DNA of 64,000 nucleotides from contig DASZSB010000110.1 in the NCBI GenBank assembly GCA_035548835.1, positions 3,538 to 67,537 on the forward strand, in the 5' to 3' direction. Below are positions 55,601-64,000 of the stretch, in pieces. Positions within the stretch are counted from its first letter, which is position 1; each line of letters starts with the position of its first letter. The DNA comes from Gammaproteobacteria bacterium (lineage in GTDB: Bacteria; Pseudomonadota; Gammaproteobacteria; Steroidobacterales; Rariloculaceae). A model generated the notes under the pieces. The model worked only from the letters and a program-made list of their open reading frames with translations, had not been told where the DNA came from and did no database searches. The position numbers and the translations under genes are program-made.

Positions 55601-56764
55601 ATGGGCCAAACCGATCCACTCGATCTCTATGGCGTTCGCAGCCTGATCGGCGCGGACGAACGGCTCGTGCAGGAAACCGTGGCGCGCTTCGTCGAGCGCG
55701 AAGCGCTGCCGGTCATCGGCGAGTGTTTCGCCGCCGAGCGGTTCCCGCAGGAGCTCGTACCGCGGCTCGCAGAGCTCGGCCTGTTCGGTGCGACGTTGCA
55801 CGAGCACGGCGGCGCGGGCCTGAGCTACACGGCATACGGACTGATCTGCCAGGAGCTCGAAGCGGGCGACAGCAGCCTGCGCAGCTGTGTGTCCGTGCAG
55901 AGCAGCCTCGTCATGGGCTGCATCGCCGCGTGCGGCTCGCCGGAGCAGCGCGCACAGTGGCTGCCGCAGCTCGCGGCCGGCACGAAGCTCGGCTGCTTTG
56001 GCCTGACAGAGGCCCACGGCGGCTCCGATCCTGCGCGCATGCGCACGCGTGCCGAGCGCCGCGGCCGCGAGTGGCTGCTGAACGGCGCGAAGATGTGGAT
56101 CACGAACGGCGCCATCGCCGATGTCGCGGTCGTGTGGGCCGTCGCGGACGGGCAGATCGGTGCGTTTCTCGTCGAGCGCGGCACGCCGGGCTTCGAGAGC
56201 AGGTCCGTCCGCGACAAGCTCTCGCTGCGTGCGTCGAACACCGCGGAGCTCAGTTTCGCCGACGTGCGGCTGCCGGAGTCGGCGCGCCTGCCCGGCGCCG
56301 ACGGGCTCAAGGCCGCGCTGCGCTGCCTCGACGACGCGCGCTTCGGCATCGTCTGGGGAGCGGTGGGCGCGGCGCGTGCGTGCCTGAAGAGCGTGCTCGC
56401 GTACACGCAGTCGCGCGAGCTGTTCGGCCGGCCGCTCGCGCGCACGCAACTGATTCAGACGCGCCTCGCCGATGCGGCGCGCCGCATGACGGCCGCCCAG
56501 CTCATCGCCTGGCGTCTGGGCCAGCTCAAGGACCGCGGCGAGGTGCAGAGCGCGCAGATCTCGCTCGCGAAGTGGAACAACGTGCGCATGGCGCTCGACG
56601 TGGCCCGGGACTGCCGGGACATGCTGGGCGCGGCCGGCATCACGCTCGATCATTGCCCGATGCGGCACGCGCTGAACCTCGAGTCCGTGATCACCTACGA
56701 GGGCACGGAGAGCGTTCACGAGCTGATCGTGGGCCGCGCCCTGACCGGGGAAAACGCGTTCTAG
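55601..56764 (+). CDS. gcdH: acyl-CoA dehydrogenase, glutaryl-CoA dehydrogenase-like
   Basis: 387 aa. The motifs GCFGLTEAHGGSDPA.M.T.A, WITNG..ADV.VVWA and the C-terminal YEGT..VH.LI.GR..TG are present. Confidence 0.82.
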   Translation: MGQTDPLDLYGVRSLIGADERLVQETVARFVEREALPVIGECFAAERFPQELVPRLAELGLFGATLHEHGGAGLSYTAYGLICQELEAGDSSLRSCVSVQSSLVMGCIAACGSPEQRAQWLPQLAAGTKLGCFGLTEAHGGSDPARMRTRAERRGREWLLNGAKMWITNGAIADVAVVWAVADGQIGAFLVERGTPGFESRSVRDKLSLRASNTAELSFADVRLPESARLPGADGLKAALRCLDDARFGIVWGAVGAARACLKSVLAYTQSRELFGRPLARTQLIQTRLADAARRMTAAQLIAWRLGQLKDRGEVQSAQISLAKWNNVRMALDVARDCRDMLGAAGITLDHCPMRHALNLESVITYEGTESVHELIVGRALTGENAF

Positions 56765-56806
56765 GGCCGGCGTTTCCTGCCGGTCTGTGCTAAATTGCGC
56801 GGCTCC

Positions 56807-56880
56807 GGCTAGGTGGCAGAGTGGTCATGCAGCGGCCTGCAAAGCCGCGTACAGCGGTTCGATTCCGCTCCTAGCCTCCA
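56807..56880 (+). tRNA. tRNA-Cys (anticodon GCA)
   Basis: I folded it by hand. Acceptor GGCTAGG/CCTAGCC, anticodon stem GCGGC/GCCGC with loop CTGCAAA, T arm AGCGG-TTCGATT-CCGCT, and an encoded CCA. Confidence 0.95.
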
Positions 56881-57104
56881 CCCAGTACATCCCCCCGAGA
56901 GAGCTCCGCGCCGCGGTCAGTCCTCCTCCTCGTGCGCGGTTCCGTTTCTGCACCCCGCCGAGACTTCGTGTGCCATCTCGTGTGACACGCGCGCCGGATT
57001 CCGTCGACCCAACCGGCCAGAACGGATCCACGATGCTGTGTCACACTTCGCCGACCCGCGCTCGTAGGGCAGGGGCCGCCGTCAATGCGATTGGGAGTCA
57101 CGCC

Positions 57105-58739
57105 GTGAAACGCTGTCTCGTTGCTCTGGCTTTTCTCGCCGTCACGCTTCCTCTGCACGCGTGGGCGGCCGATTCGAAGCCGCGGCTCGTCGTGGTCGTG
57201 GTCGTCGATCAGCTGCGCGGGGATCTGCCGGCGCGTGCGGCGGAGTCGTCGCAGCGCGGCGGATTCGCGCAGATCCTGAGCTCGGGGGTCGTCTACGACC
57301 AGGCGTTCCACGAACATGCGACGACGGCCACTGCGCCGGGGCACGCCACTCTGTTCACCGGCGCGTATCCGAGTCAGCACGGCATCGTCGGCAACGAGTG
57401 GTACGAGCGCGAGGCCAGGCAGCGCACGATCTCCGTGCGCTCGCCCGCGCATGGCCGGGTGCTCGGGCCGTTCAATCTTCGCGTCACCACGATCGGAGAC
57501 GAGCTCGCGCTCGCGTGCGGAGCGAGTTGCCGTGTCTACGGCGTTTCGGGCAAGGACCGCGGCGCGATCCTTCCGGCGGGTCATCTCGGCAAGGCGTTCT
57601 GGTTCGATTCGCGAAACGGCGGGTTTCGTTCGAGCGAGTACTACTATACGGCGCTGCCCGCGTGGGTGGGCCAGTGGAACGCTGCGGTTCCGCAGGCAGC
57701 GTACCCGTCGCAGTGGACGCTGCTGCGGCAGCCGCAGACGTATTCGCGTGCGAGTGCGGACGACAGGCCGTTCGAGCGACCGCCGGTGAAGCTCGGCCGG
57801 ACGTTTCCGCACGCCTTGGGGCAGGCGAACGAGCCGGGCTACTACAATCTCTTCTCGCACACGCCTTACCTCGACGCGCTGACGCTCGAGTTCGTCCGCA
57901 AGCTGATCGAGACGGAGAATCTGGGCCGCGGATCCGCGTCGGACCTGCTGTCCGTCAGCCTGTCGGCGACGGACTACGTGGGCCATTCCTTCGGTCCGGA
58001 GAGTCTCGAGGCGGAAGACAACCTCGCGCGGCTCGACCGTGAGCTCGACGCGTTCATCCGCTTCCTCGATGACCGCATGGGTCGCAACGGCTACCTTCTG
58101 GTGCTGACGGCTGACCACGGTCTTGGGGCGACGCCGGAGTATGCAGCCACACTCGGGTACGCAACGCATCGGGTGGAGGCCAAGGCCCTGGCCGAAATCG
58201 CCGACCGCGCCATCACCGCGCGGTGGCACGTGCCAGCGCCGGTCGTCAGCGCGTTCGTGCTTCCCGGGTTGTACCTGGATCGTGAGAAGCTCGCGGCCGC
58301 CAACGTCGACGTCGCGGATGCTGCGGCCACGGCGGCTTCGGCGCTGCGGCGGGAGCCGGGTGTCGCGTATGCGCTCACGCGCGCGGATTCGTCCGTCGAG
58401 CCTGCGATCGGCGAGCTCGTGCAAAACAGCATCGACGTCACGAGATCGGGCGATGTCTACGTGATCGCGGAGCCGGAGTCCGCGATCGTGGAGGGCACGG
58501 ATCTGTACACGGCCTACCATGGAACACCCTACGCCGCGGATCGATACGTGCCACTGTATTTCTTCGGCGACGGGCTCACGCCGCAGCGCGTGGATCGAAG
58601 AGTGAGCACGCGTTCGCTTGCGTCGACCCTGGCCCTGGTACTCGGTGTGCCGGCCCCGAGCCACGCGAACGCTCCGGCACTCGTGGAAGTGACTGCCGCG
58701 AATGCGGGCCGCGCACGTGTGCGCCGTCGTGGCGAGTAA
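57105..58739 (+). CDS. alkaline phosphatase superfamily protein (nucleotide pyrophosphatase/phosphodiesterase-like)
   Basis: The GTG at 57105 follows GGGAG. It has a signal peptide (LAFLAVTLPLHAWA), followed by VVVVVVDQLRGD, T..PGHATLFTG.YPS.HGIVGN.W and SATDYVGH.FGP motifs. Confidence 0.82.
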   Translation: MKRCLVALAFLAVTLPLHAWAADSKPRLVVVVVVDQLRGDLPARAAESSQRGGFAQILSSGVVYDQAFHEHATTATAPGHATLFTGAYPSQHGIVGNEWYEREARQRTISVRSPAHGRVLGPFNLRVTTIGDELALACGASCRVYGVSGKDRGAILPAGHLGKAFWFDSRNGGFRSSEYYYTALPAWVGQWNAAVPQAAYPSQWTLLRQPQTYSRASADDRPFERPPVKLGRTFPHALGQANEPGYYNLFSHTPYLDALTLEFVRKLIETENLGRGSASDLLSVSLSATDYVGHSFGPESLEAEDNLARLDRELDAFIRFLDDRMGRNGYLLVLTADHGLGATPEYAATLGYATHRVEAKALAEIADRAITARWHVPAPVVSAFVLPGLYLDREKLAAANVDVADAAATAASALRREPGVAYALTRADSSVEPAIGELVQNSIDVTRSGDVYVIAEPESAIVEGTDLYTAYHGTPYAADRYVPLYFFGDGLTPQRVDRRVSTRSLASTLALVLGVPAPSHANAPALVEVTAANAGRARVRRRGE

Positions 58740-58936
58740 CGTGCACCGCCATTAGCGCCCAGCAGGCGCCACTTCGGCAGGCAGGCTCGCTTTCTCCGGC
58801 GATTTGAACGCGGCAGAGCCGCGCATCACATAATCCGCGGCTCGTGTCATCCGTGGGCTCGATCGCTCGTTGTGTAGGTCAATGCCGGAGCGTTCCCTCC
58901 GGCACTGACAGCCAACAAGGGTGTAGGGAGGCATGG

Positions 58937-59515
58937 ATGAAAGGATTGAATGGACTGGGTGTGCTGGGTCTTGCGGTGTTGACGACGAGTGCGTTCGCGG
59001 CGGGGCCGCGCGCTGACGAAGCCGTCGATCGGAACACGAACCAGCAGCAGCGCATCGAGCAGGGGTTGCAGACCGGCGCACTCACGACGCGCGAGGCCGG
59101 AACGCTCGAGCGTCAGGAGTCGCGCATCGAGCAGACCGAGGCGCGGGGATTGTCGGACGGCAAGTTGTCGCCCGCCGAGCAGGCGCGTATCAACCGCATG
59201 CAGAATCGTGCCAGCGCGAACATCGCGCGCGACAAGCACAACGCGCGCGAGGGCAACCCGGACTCGGCCTCGTCGCAGCGCATGCAGGCGAACGTCCAGC
59301 GCAACGTGAAGCAGCAGCAGCGCATCGATCAGGGCGCGGACTCGGGGCGGCTCACGAACCGCGAGGTGGCTTCGCTCGAGGCCGGCCAGGCTCGCACGGA
59401 TCGCGCTGTAGGCCGTGCAGCCGCGAACGGCCGGGTCGGGGCGGCCGAGCAGGCGCACATCCAGCATGCGGAGAACCGGCAGAGCCGCCGCATCTACCGC
59501 CAGAAGCACGATTGA
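58937..59515 (+). CDS. secreted protein made of two 68-aa Q/R-rich helical repeats
   Basis: The ATG at 58937 follows GGGAGG, and a signal peptide is present. Repeat A (nt 59039-59242) and repeat B (nt 59309-59512) share QQQRI.QG...G.LT.RE...LE..Q.R.......G......AEQA.I...NR.S..I.R.KH. Confidence 0.75.
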   Translation: MKGLNGLGVLGLAVLTTSAFAAGPRADEAVDRNTNQQQRIEQGLQTGALTTREAGTLERQESRIEQTEARGLSDGKLSPAEQARINRMQNRASANIARDKHNAREGNPDSASSQRMQANVQRNVKQQQRIDQGADSGRLTNREVASLEAGQARTDRAVGRAAANGRVGAAEQAHIQHAENRQSRRIYRQKHD

Positions 59516-59531
59516 TCCGACCGCCGCGAGG

Positions 59532-59563
59532 GGGGATGGCCGCCAAGGCCATCCCCTTCGTTC
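59532..59563 (+). terminator. rho-independent terminator
   Basis: GGGGATGGCC / GGCCATCCCC forms a 10-bp perfect stem with loop GCCAA, followed by TTCGTTCC. It lies 17 nt after the stop. Confidence 0.7.
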
Positions 59564-59771
59564 CTGCGTCCGCGGGGGTACGCTCTGTCCCTGCGGGGGG
59601 TCGAATCCCGGTCCCGGTGCTTGGCAGGTGTCGGCGGTGGTGGCACGGGGGCTGACCGCGCGCCCGGCGTTGTCCCGAGCCGGGTGGGGCGCGAGGCTGC
59701 CGGCTGGTATAGTCGGCGTCAGCCGGCCCCGCCGGAAGAACACCAAAGACCATCCATTGGGGGATCTCACG

Positions 59772-60251
59772 ATGAAAGTACTTGCCGCCGCAGTCGCGAT
59801 TTTTGCCGTATCGGCCGCCGCCAACGCCGCCGAGCCGGTCGTGGCCCTGTCCGCGAAGGACCAGCTGAAGTTGCTCGAGAGCAAGGACCCGCAACTGGCC
59901 GCCAACAAGAAGCTCGTGTGGGACATGTGGCGCACGTTCCTCAGTGCGCACCACATCGATGAGGCCGACAAGTACCTGGCGCCGGAGTACCACCAGCACA
60001 ACCCGAACGCCGAGACGGGTCTCGCGGGCGTGAAGGCCTACTTCCGCTCGCGCAACATGGCTCCGATTCCGGTGCCCGACCACATCGACGGTCTCGTGTC
60101 GATGGTCGCGGAGCGTGATCTGGTCACGCTCGCACTCGTACGCGAGTACAAGGACAAGGAAGGCAAGCCGTACACCACCACGTGGTTCGACATGTTCCGG
60201 ATCGCCAACGGCAAGATCGTCGAGCACTGGGATACCGCGCTGAAACAGTAA
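59772..60251 (+). CDS. secreted SnoaL-like / NTF2-family protein
   Basis: The ATG at 59772 gives a signal peptide (AVAIFAVSAAANA). Y.H.P........G....F and the C-terminal F.I.NGKIVEHWD are typical of the SnoaL-like/ester-cyclase fold. Confidence 0.6.
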   Translation: MKVLAAAVAIFAVSAAANAAEPVVALSAKDQLKLLESKDPQLAANKKLVWDMWRTFLSAHHIDEADKYLAPEYHQHNPNAETGLAGVKAYFRSRNMAPIPVPDHIDGLVSMVAERDLVTLALVREYKDKEGKPYTTTWFDMFRIANGKIVEHWDTALKQ

Positions 60252-60285
60252 GAACGAACTCAGTCATACGAGGGGGAACGAGTCT

Positions 60286-61029
60286 ATGTCGAAGTCATCC
60301 ATGTTCGGTCGCCACGCACTGGCCGCCGGGCTGTTGTTGCTTGCGGGTGCCGCCTTTGCGCAGGGGCCCGCGCAGGAAGAGCCGAAGAACCTCAAGGTAC
60401 TGCCGAAGAACTTCACGCGTCCGCAGGTCATCCAGGTCATGCAGAACTTCACGGCCGCGCTCGGCGTCGGCTGCGAGTACTGCCACGTTGAGAAACAAGG
60501 TGCGCCGCCGGACTTCGCGTCCGACGACAAGAAGGAGAAGGATCGCGCACGCGCGATGATGAAGATCGCGCAGGACCTGAACGCGCGTCTGCCGATGGAC
60601 CTCGGCGAGTCGGCCGACGAGCTCACGCGCGTCGGTTGCATCACCTGCCATCGCGGCGTTCCGGAGCCGAAGCAGATCGGTGAGATCCTCGCCAAGACTT
60701 CGAAGGAGAAGGGCTTCGCAGCTGCGTCCGCGCAGTACAACGAGCTGAAGTCGAAGTACTACGGCGCGCAGGCGTACGACTTCAGCGAGCAGGGCCTGAT
60801 CGCGACCGCCCGCCCGCTGATCCAGCAGAATCGCGCCGACGAGGCGATTCAGTTCCTGCAGCTGAACGTGCAGATGTTCCCGAAGTCCGCGGCGAGCTAC
60901 GTCACGATGGCGCAGGCGCAGCAGGCCAAGAAGGACAACGCGGCCGCGATCTCGAGCCTCGAGAAGGCGCTGGCCATCGACCCGAAGAACGGCCAGGCGC
61001 AGCGCATGCTGGCGCAGCTGAAGAAGTAA
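60286..61029 (+). CDS. di-haem c-type cytochrome (reaction-centre cytochrome-c-subunit-like N-domain) fused to a TPR-like C-terminal domain
   Basis: It has a signal peptide and two CxxCH motifs (CEYCH, CITCH). NLKVLPKN......V...M..F..ALGV.C..CH matches the CytoC_RC-like family. The C-terminal ~110 aa have TPR-like A/Q-rich helices. Confidence 0.8.
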   Translation: MSKSSMFGRHALAAGLLLLAGAAFAQGPAQEEPKNLKVLPKNFTRPQVIQVMQNFTAALGVGCEYCHVEKQGAPPDFASDDKKEKDRARAMMKIAQDLNARLPMDLGESADELTRVGCITCHRGVPEPKQIGEILAKTSKEKGFAAASAQYNELKSKYYGAQAYDFSEQGLIATARPLIQQNRADEAIQFLQLNVQMFPKSAASYVTMAQAQQAKKDNAAAISSLEKALAIDPKNGQAQRMLAQLKK

Positions 61030-61064
61030 GCGCAGCCCGTTTCGGCAGTTCGATCTGACGACAG

Positions 61065-61096
61065 GGGGCGGCCTGGTTAGGCCGCCCCCGTTTGCG
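61065..61096 (+). terminator. rho-independent terminator
   Basis: GGGGGCGGCC / GGCCGCCCCC forms a 10-bp perfect stem with loop TGGTTA, followed by GTTTGCG. Confidence 0.7.
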
Positions 61097-61160
61097 AGTG
61101 TTAACCTTCTGCGCGGCGATTGCGGTGCCCAGGCCTCCTGACACCGACGCCGATGGACGC

Positions 61161-61246
61161 GCCCGGGTGGCGGAAGGGTAGACGCAGCGGACTTAAAATC
61201 CGCTGGCCGCAAGGCCGTGCCGGTTCAAATCCGGCCCTGGGCACCA
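61161..61246 (+). tRNA. tRNA-Leu (anticodon UAA), class II long variable arm
   Basis: The 86-nt sequence GCCCGGGTGGCGGAAGGGTAGACGCAGCGGACTTAAAATCCGC...GGTTCAAATCCGGCCCTGGGCACCA has acceptor GCCCGGG/CCTGGGC and anticodon loop CTTAAAA. It is close to E. coli leuZ in layout. Confidence 0.93.
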
Positions 61247-61281
61247 ACAGAATTCTCACAGCACATGGAAGCGACTTACTC

Positions 61282-62274
61282 ATGAAAGACTTTCAGATTT
61301 GTGGTCTCGGCAACGCGATCGTCGACATCTTCGTCGAAGTCAACGAGAAGGAGTTCAAAGCCTTGGGCTTCGAACGCGGCGGCATGCAGCTGGTCGATCA
61401 CAAGGAGCAGAAGACCCTGCTCGAGAAGTTCCACAAGCGGGAGCCGAAGCTCGTGAGCGGCGGATCGGTGGCGAACTCGATCATCGCGTTCTCGCAGCTC
61501 GGCGGCCAGGCCGCGTTCATCGGCTGCGTGGGCGACGACCGTTACGGCTTGTTCTACGCGAACGAGTTCGAGGAGCTCGGCATTGAAATCGGCAACCCGA
61601 TCCTCGTGGGCGAAGGAACCGGCACTTGCGTGTGCCTGATCACACCGGACGCCGAGCGCACCATGCGCACCTGCCTCGCCGTGTCGAGCCACCTCGCGGC
61701 GCGCCACGTGGACGCCGACCGCATCAAGAACTCGGACTGGCTGTTCATCGAAGGCTACGTGTTCGCGAACCCGGAAACGGGCCAGACGGCCATCCGCGAG
61801 GCCATCTCGATCGCGAAGAAGAACGGCACCAAGGTCGCCGTCACGTGCTCGGATGCCTTTATCGTGAACGTGTTCGGCGACGCGCTGCGCGACGCGTTGA
61901 AGCACACCGATCTCTTCTTCTGCAACGAAAGCGAGGCCTGTGCGGTCACGGGTGCGACGACGGCCAAGGACGCGTTCGCGAAGCTGAAGGGCGTGGTGCC
62001 TTCCACGGTCGTCACGAACGGCCCGAACGGCGCGTTCATCCGCTACGCGGGCGAGGAAGTCCACGTGCCGGCGTTCCCGACCACGCCGAAGGATCTGACG
62101 GGCGCGGGCGACATGTTCGCGGGCGCCTTCCTGTACGGCGTCACACACGGTCTCTCGCCGGAGAAGGCAGGGCGCACCGCCGCGTTCCTGTGCCACAAGG
62201 TCATCAGCCAGGTCGGCGCGCGCCTGCATCACGGCACGAAGCAGTTCTGGCAGGAGTGCCTCGCGACGCTGTAA
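61282..62274 (+). CDS. adenosine kinase / PfkB-family carbohydrate kinase
   Basis: The ATG at 61282 gives a 330-aa protein. The N-terminus is GLGNAIVDI, a GG motif is present (SGGSVANS), and the C-terminal [16 protein letters not shown] is the PfkB signature 2. Confidence 0.85.
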   Translation: MKDFQICGLGNAIVDIFVEVNEKEFKALGFERGGMQLVDHKEQKTLLEKFHKREPKLVSGGSVANSIIAFSQLGGQAAFIGCVGDDRYGLFYANEFEELGIEIGNPILVGEGTGTCVCLITPDAERTMRTCLAVSSHLAARHVDADRIKNSDWLFIEGYVFANPETGQTAIREAISIAKKNGTKVAVTCSDAFIVNVFGDALRDALKHTDLFFCNESEACAVTGATTAKDAFAKLKGVVPSTVVTNGPNGAFIRYAGEEVHVPAFPTTPKDLTGAGDMFAGAFLYGVTHGLSPEKAGRTAAFLCHKVISQVGARLHHGTKQFWQECLATL

Positions 62275-62295
62275 CGGGCGAGACGGGCCCGGCCG

Positions 62296-62532
62296 TCAGG
62301 CCGGGTCGAGCGCGCCGGAGGGCTCCCCGGGCACGGGGAACTCGACGATGTGCGCGCTGGAGGTGGCGTGCGCGAATTGGCAGAGATCGCGAATCGCGCA
62401 GGCCAGCTCCGTCACGGTCATGATGCCCTCGCGGTAGAGCATCAGCAGATCGGCTACCTCCGATGCCAGTCCCGTCGAGACCGTCACTTGCTCGAGCTGC
62501 TGCCATTCGGCCGGTGTCAACGTCTTGTGCAT
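62296..62532 (-). CDS. small hypothetical protein (78 aa)
   Basis: The ATG at 62532 gives MHKTLTPAEWQQLEQV.... It lies downstream of, and on the same strand as, the wHTH gene. No family recognised, so the coding call is tentative. Confidence 0.4.
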   Translation of the reverse strand: MHKTLTPAEWQQLEQVTVSTGLASEVADLLMLYREGIMTVTELACAIRDLCQFAHATSSAHIVEFPVPGEPSGALDPA

Positions 62533-62706
62533 GGGCGGGCGCTTGGGCGACTCAATCCGGAGGCCTCCGAAGCCTAGCCGGCGACCGGCCCCGAAGATAG
62601 CGCGCGAGCGCGAGTTGTGTCGGCTAGATGACACAACGCCGCGGAAAGGGCGCTCACAGGACCCGGCCGGGCCCTGGCGGAGCGATTCCGAGCCGTGGTG
62701 GCGGCG

Positions 62707-63108
62707 CTACTTGCTCTGCAGGCGCAGCACGCTCTGCATCAGGGCATGGGGCACGATGCGGCGCAGGGCGCTGCGCTCGATGCGCAGGTACTTGATGCGC
62801 CGGTCGCTCGGATGCGGCTCGTAACGAATGGCGCCAAGCTGCCCGCCCTCGGCGGTCAGCGTCCACACGAGGCGTGACGCCGTCGAATGCGGCATCCCGA
62901 GCTTGCTCTTGAGGGTCGTCAGGGTGTGCGGCTGCCCCCGGCTCTCCGCCACCATGACTTCGAGTGCGATCAGGTATTGGGCCAATGTCAGGGTCGGGAA
63001 GCTCTCGTGCAGCGCCGTAAGGGCGGCCAGCAGGGCCTCTCTGACGCGTGCTTCCGCCGCGTCGGTGGATGGGATTTTCGCTGCCTTGGTCTTCGCTCGG
63101 GGACTCAT
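62707..63108 (-). CDS. winged-helix (MarR-like) transcriptional regulator
   Basis: 133 aa. LTLAQYLIALEVMVAE..G.PHTLTTLKSKLGMPHSTASRLV..L.....L.......DRR.K.L fits a MarR-type wHTH. Confidence 0.6.
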   Translation of the reverse strand: MSPRAKTKAAKIPSTDAAEARVREALLAALTALHESFPTLTLAQYLIALEVMVAESRGQPHTLTTLKSKLGMPHSTASRLVWTLTAEGGQLGAIRYEPHPSDRRIKYLRIERSALRRIVPHALMQSVLRLQSK

Positions 63109-63212
63109 CGTATTTCGTGGCCTATTCTCAGGTGGATAATAGTGTAGCCGACATTAAGGCGCGCTACGTGTTTCAGGAACTTGCTGGCTTCCGCAAGCAC
63201 GATGTTGCGGTG

Positions 63213-64000
63213 TCATCTCCATGGGTCGATGTCGACGATGGTCAATCGCGGCCCGCCGCCCACCATCTTCCACATGGCGCCCGTCTCCCCGCCCACGACG
63301 ACGACGTGGATGTCGTTGGCGCGGAACATCCTGATCATTTCGTCGGGTGCGGCCTTCAGCATCGATGCGTACGGCTCGATGCCGGCCACGGCGCGCGGGT
63401 GCGCCAGCGTCTGGATCCATTGATTGTCCCAGTATTCGCGGGCGGGCAGCCGCGCGTGCTCCACGCACCAGTCGATCAGCTTCTCCTTCGTGTCGAAGCC
63501 GAGATCCCGGAAGCCGCGCGCGACCAGCGGGTCGAGTGCGATGACCGGGCCGGTGTAGGGATCGCACGCCTGCAGGGAGCGCGTGAATTTCTCCTGCCAC
63601 GTTTCGCGCGGTCCGCCGCCGAAAATCGTGTACCAGCCGCCGAGCAGCAGGCTCACGGTGCTCTGCTCGGGCTTGCGGCCGTGCTGCACATGGAACGGGA
63701 CCCACGGGCTCGCGGCCTCGTTCTCCACGATCATGGCGTTGTAGCTCAGGTGGTTGCCCTGCGAGCCCATGTACGTTTCCTGGGGCACCGAGCCGCCCTG
63801 CAGGTTCTGTGAGAGCAGCCCGTACGCCCGCCCGATCGTGGCGTTCGCGTGGTTGTACGGACCCATCGCGCCGACACCGTAGTTCATGCCGATCTCGTCG
63901 CGGATGGGGCCGTTGACGATCGCGACCGTCGCCTGCGACGTGGTGGAGCTCGAGCGGCCCGACACGCCGCTCGCGGCCATCGCGAGGATCACGGGCAGAT
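63213..64000 (-). CDS. hypothetical protein, 5' end outside the window (family not recognised)
   Basis: The frame is open from the window edge to the stop at 63213, with strong GC3 bias and a globular-looking sequence (…GPYNHANATIGRAYGLL…VVVVGGETGAMWKMVGGGP…). The ORF-track Met at 63992 is probably internal. Confidence 0.6.
   Translation of the reverse strand, partial: LPVILAMAASGVSGRSSSTTSQATVAIVNGPIRDEIGMNYGVGAMGPYNHANATIGRAYGLLSQNLQGGSVPQETYMGSQGNHLSYNAMIVENEAASPWVPFHVQHGRKPEQSTVSLLLGGWYTIFGGGPRETWQEKFTRSLQACDPYTGPVIALDPLVARGFRDLGFDTKEKLIDWCVEHARLPAREYWDNQWIQTLAHPRAVAGIEPYASMLKAAPDEMIRMFRANDIHVVVVGGETGAMWKMVGGGPRLTIVDIDPWR

Noticed and set aside
58933-58935. ATG at 58933 (out of frame, in ATGGATGA) as an alternative start near the repeat-protein gene.
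   Set aside because: It opens a different frame with no signal peptide, whose product looks non-protein-like in composition. The ATG at 58937 is in frame with the signal peptide and is correctly spaced from GGGAGG.
59595-59620. tRNA T-arm/3'-end-like fragment GGGGGTCGAATCCCGGTCCCGGTGC between tRNA-Cys and tRNA-Leu, considered as a decayed att site or tRNA pseudogene.
   Set aside because: The T-loop lacks one T (GGTCGAATCC instead of GGTTCGAATCC) and the T-stem does not pair cleanly. No acceptor 5' strand or CCA is present. By eye only about 17 of 26 positions match the tRNA-Leu 3' end. This is within chance for GC-rich DNA.

Overview
This is a high-GC (roughly 65-70%) proteobacterial chromosome segment, gammaproteobacterium-like by gene order. 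It is almost fully coding. About 60 protein genes, 3 tRNAs, one candidate riboswitch and several clean rho-independent-type hairpins can be supported. The first ~31 kb is housekeeping: hom fragment-thrC, tatD, acnA, mnmA, purB, fumC, mazG, a PepSY/OmpR/HK module, hrpA, class II DAHP synthase and uvrC-pgsA. The main structural observation concerns three tRNAs: Gly-GCC at 31384, Cys-GCA at 56807 and Leu-UAA at 61161. They have the same anticodons, order and strand as the contiguous E. coli pgsA-glyW-cysT-leuZ arrangement, but here they are separated by 25.3 kb and 4.3 kb. Nearly all the unusual content lies in those two gaps. (1) A module of two paralogous uncharacterised secreted proteins flanks a DUF6152-like protein whose predicted mature N-terminus is His-His. 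(2) A tandem PARP-type zinc-finger protein is translationally coupled (ATGA) to an HpaB-family flavin monooxygenase. (3) A TonB2/Ttp-type energy-transduction cluster carries two ExbD genes and a second DUF3450 plus large-ExbB pair, has no TonB-dependent receptor in the window, and sits behind a ~680-nt unexplained non-coding leader. (4) A divergent ApbE/PepSY-TM pair. (5) Several small secreted or redox proteins. I found no CRISPR array, transposase, integrase, rRNA or recognisable defence system. All functional calls come from reading the translated ORFs for motifs from memory. No database search was run, and start codons are often ambiguous because the ORF track also uses GTG and TTG starts.
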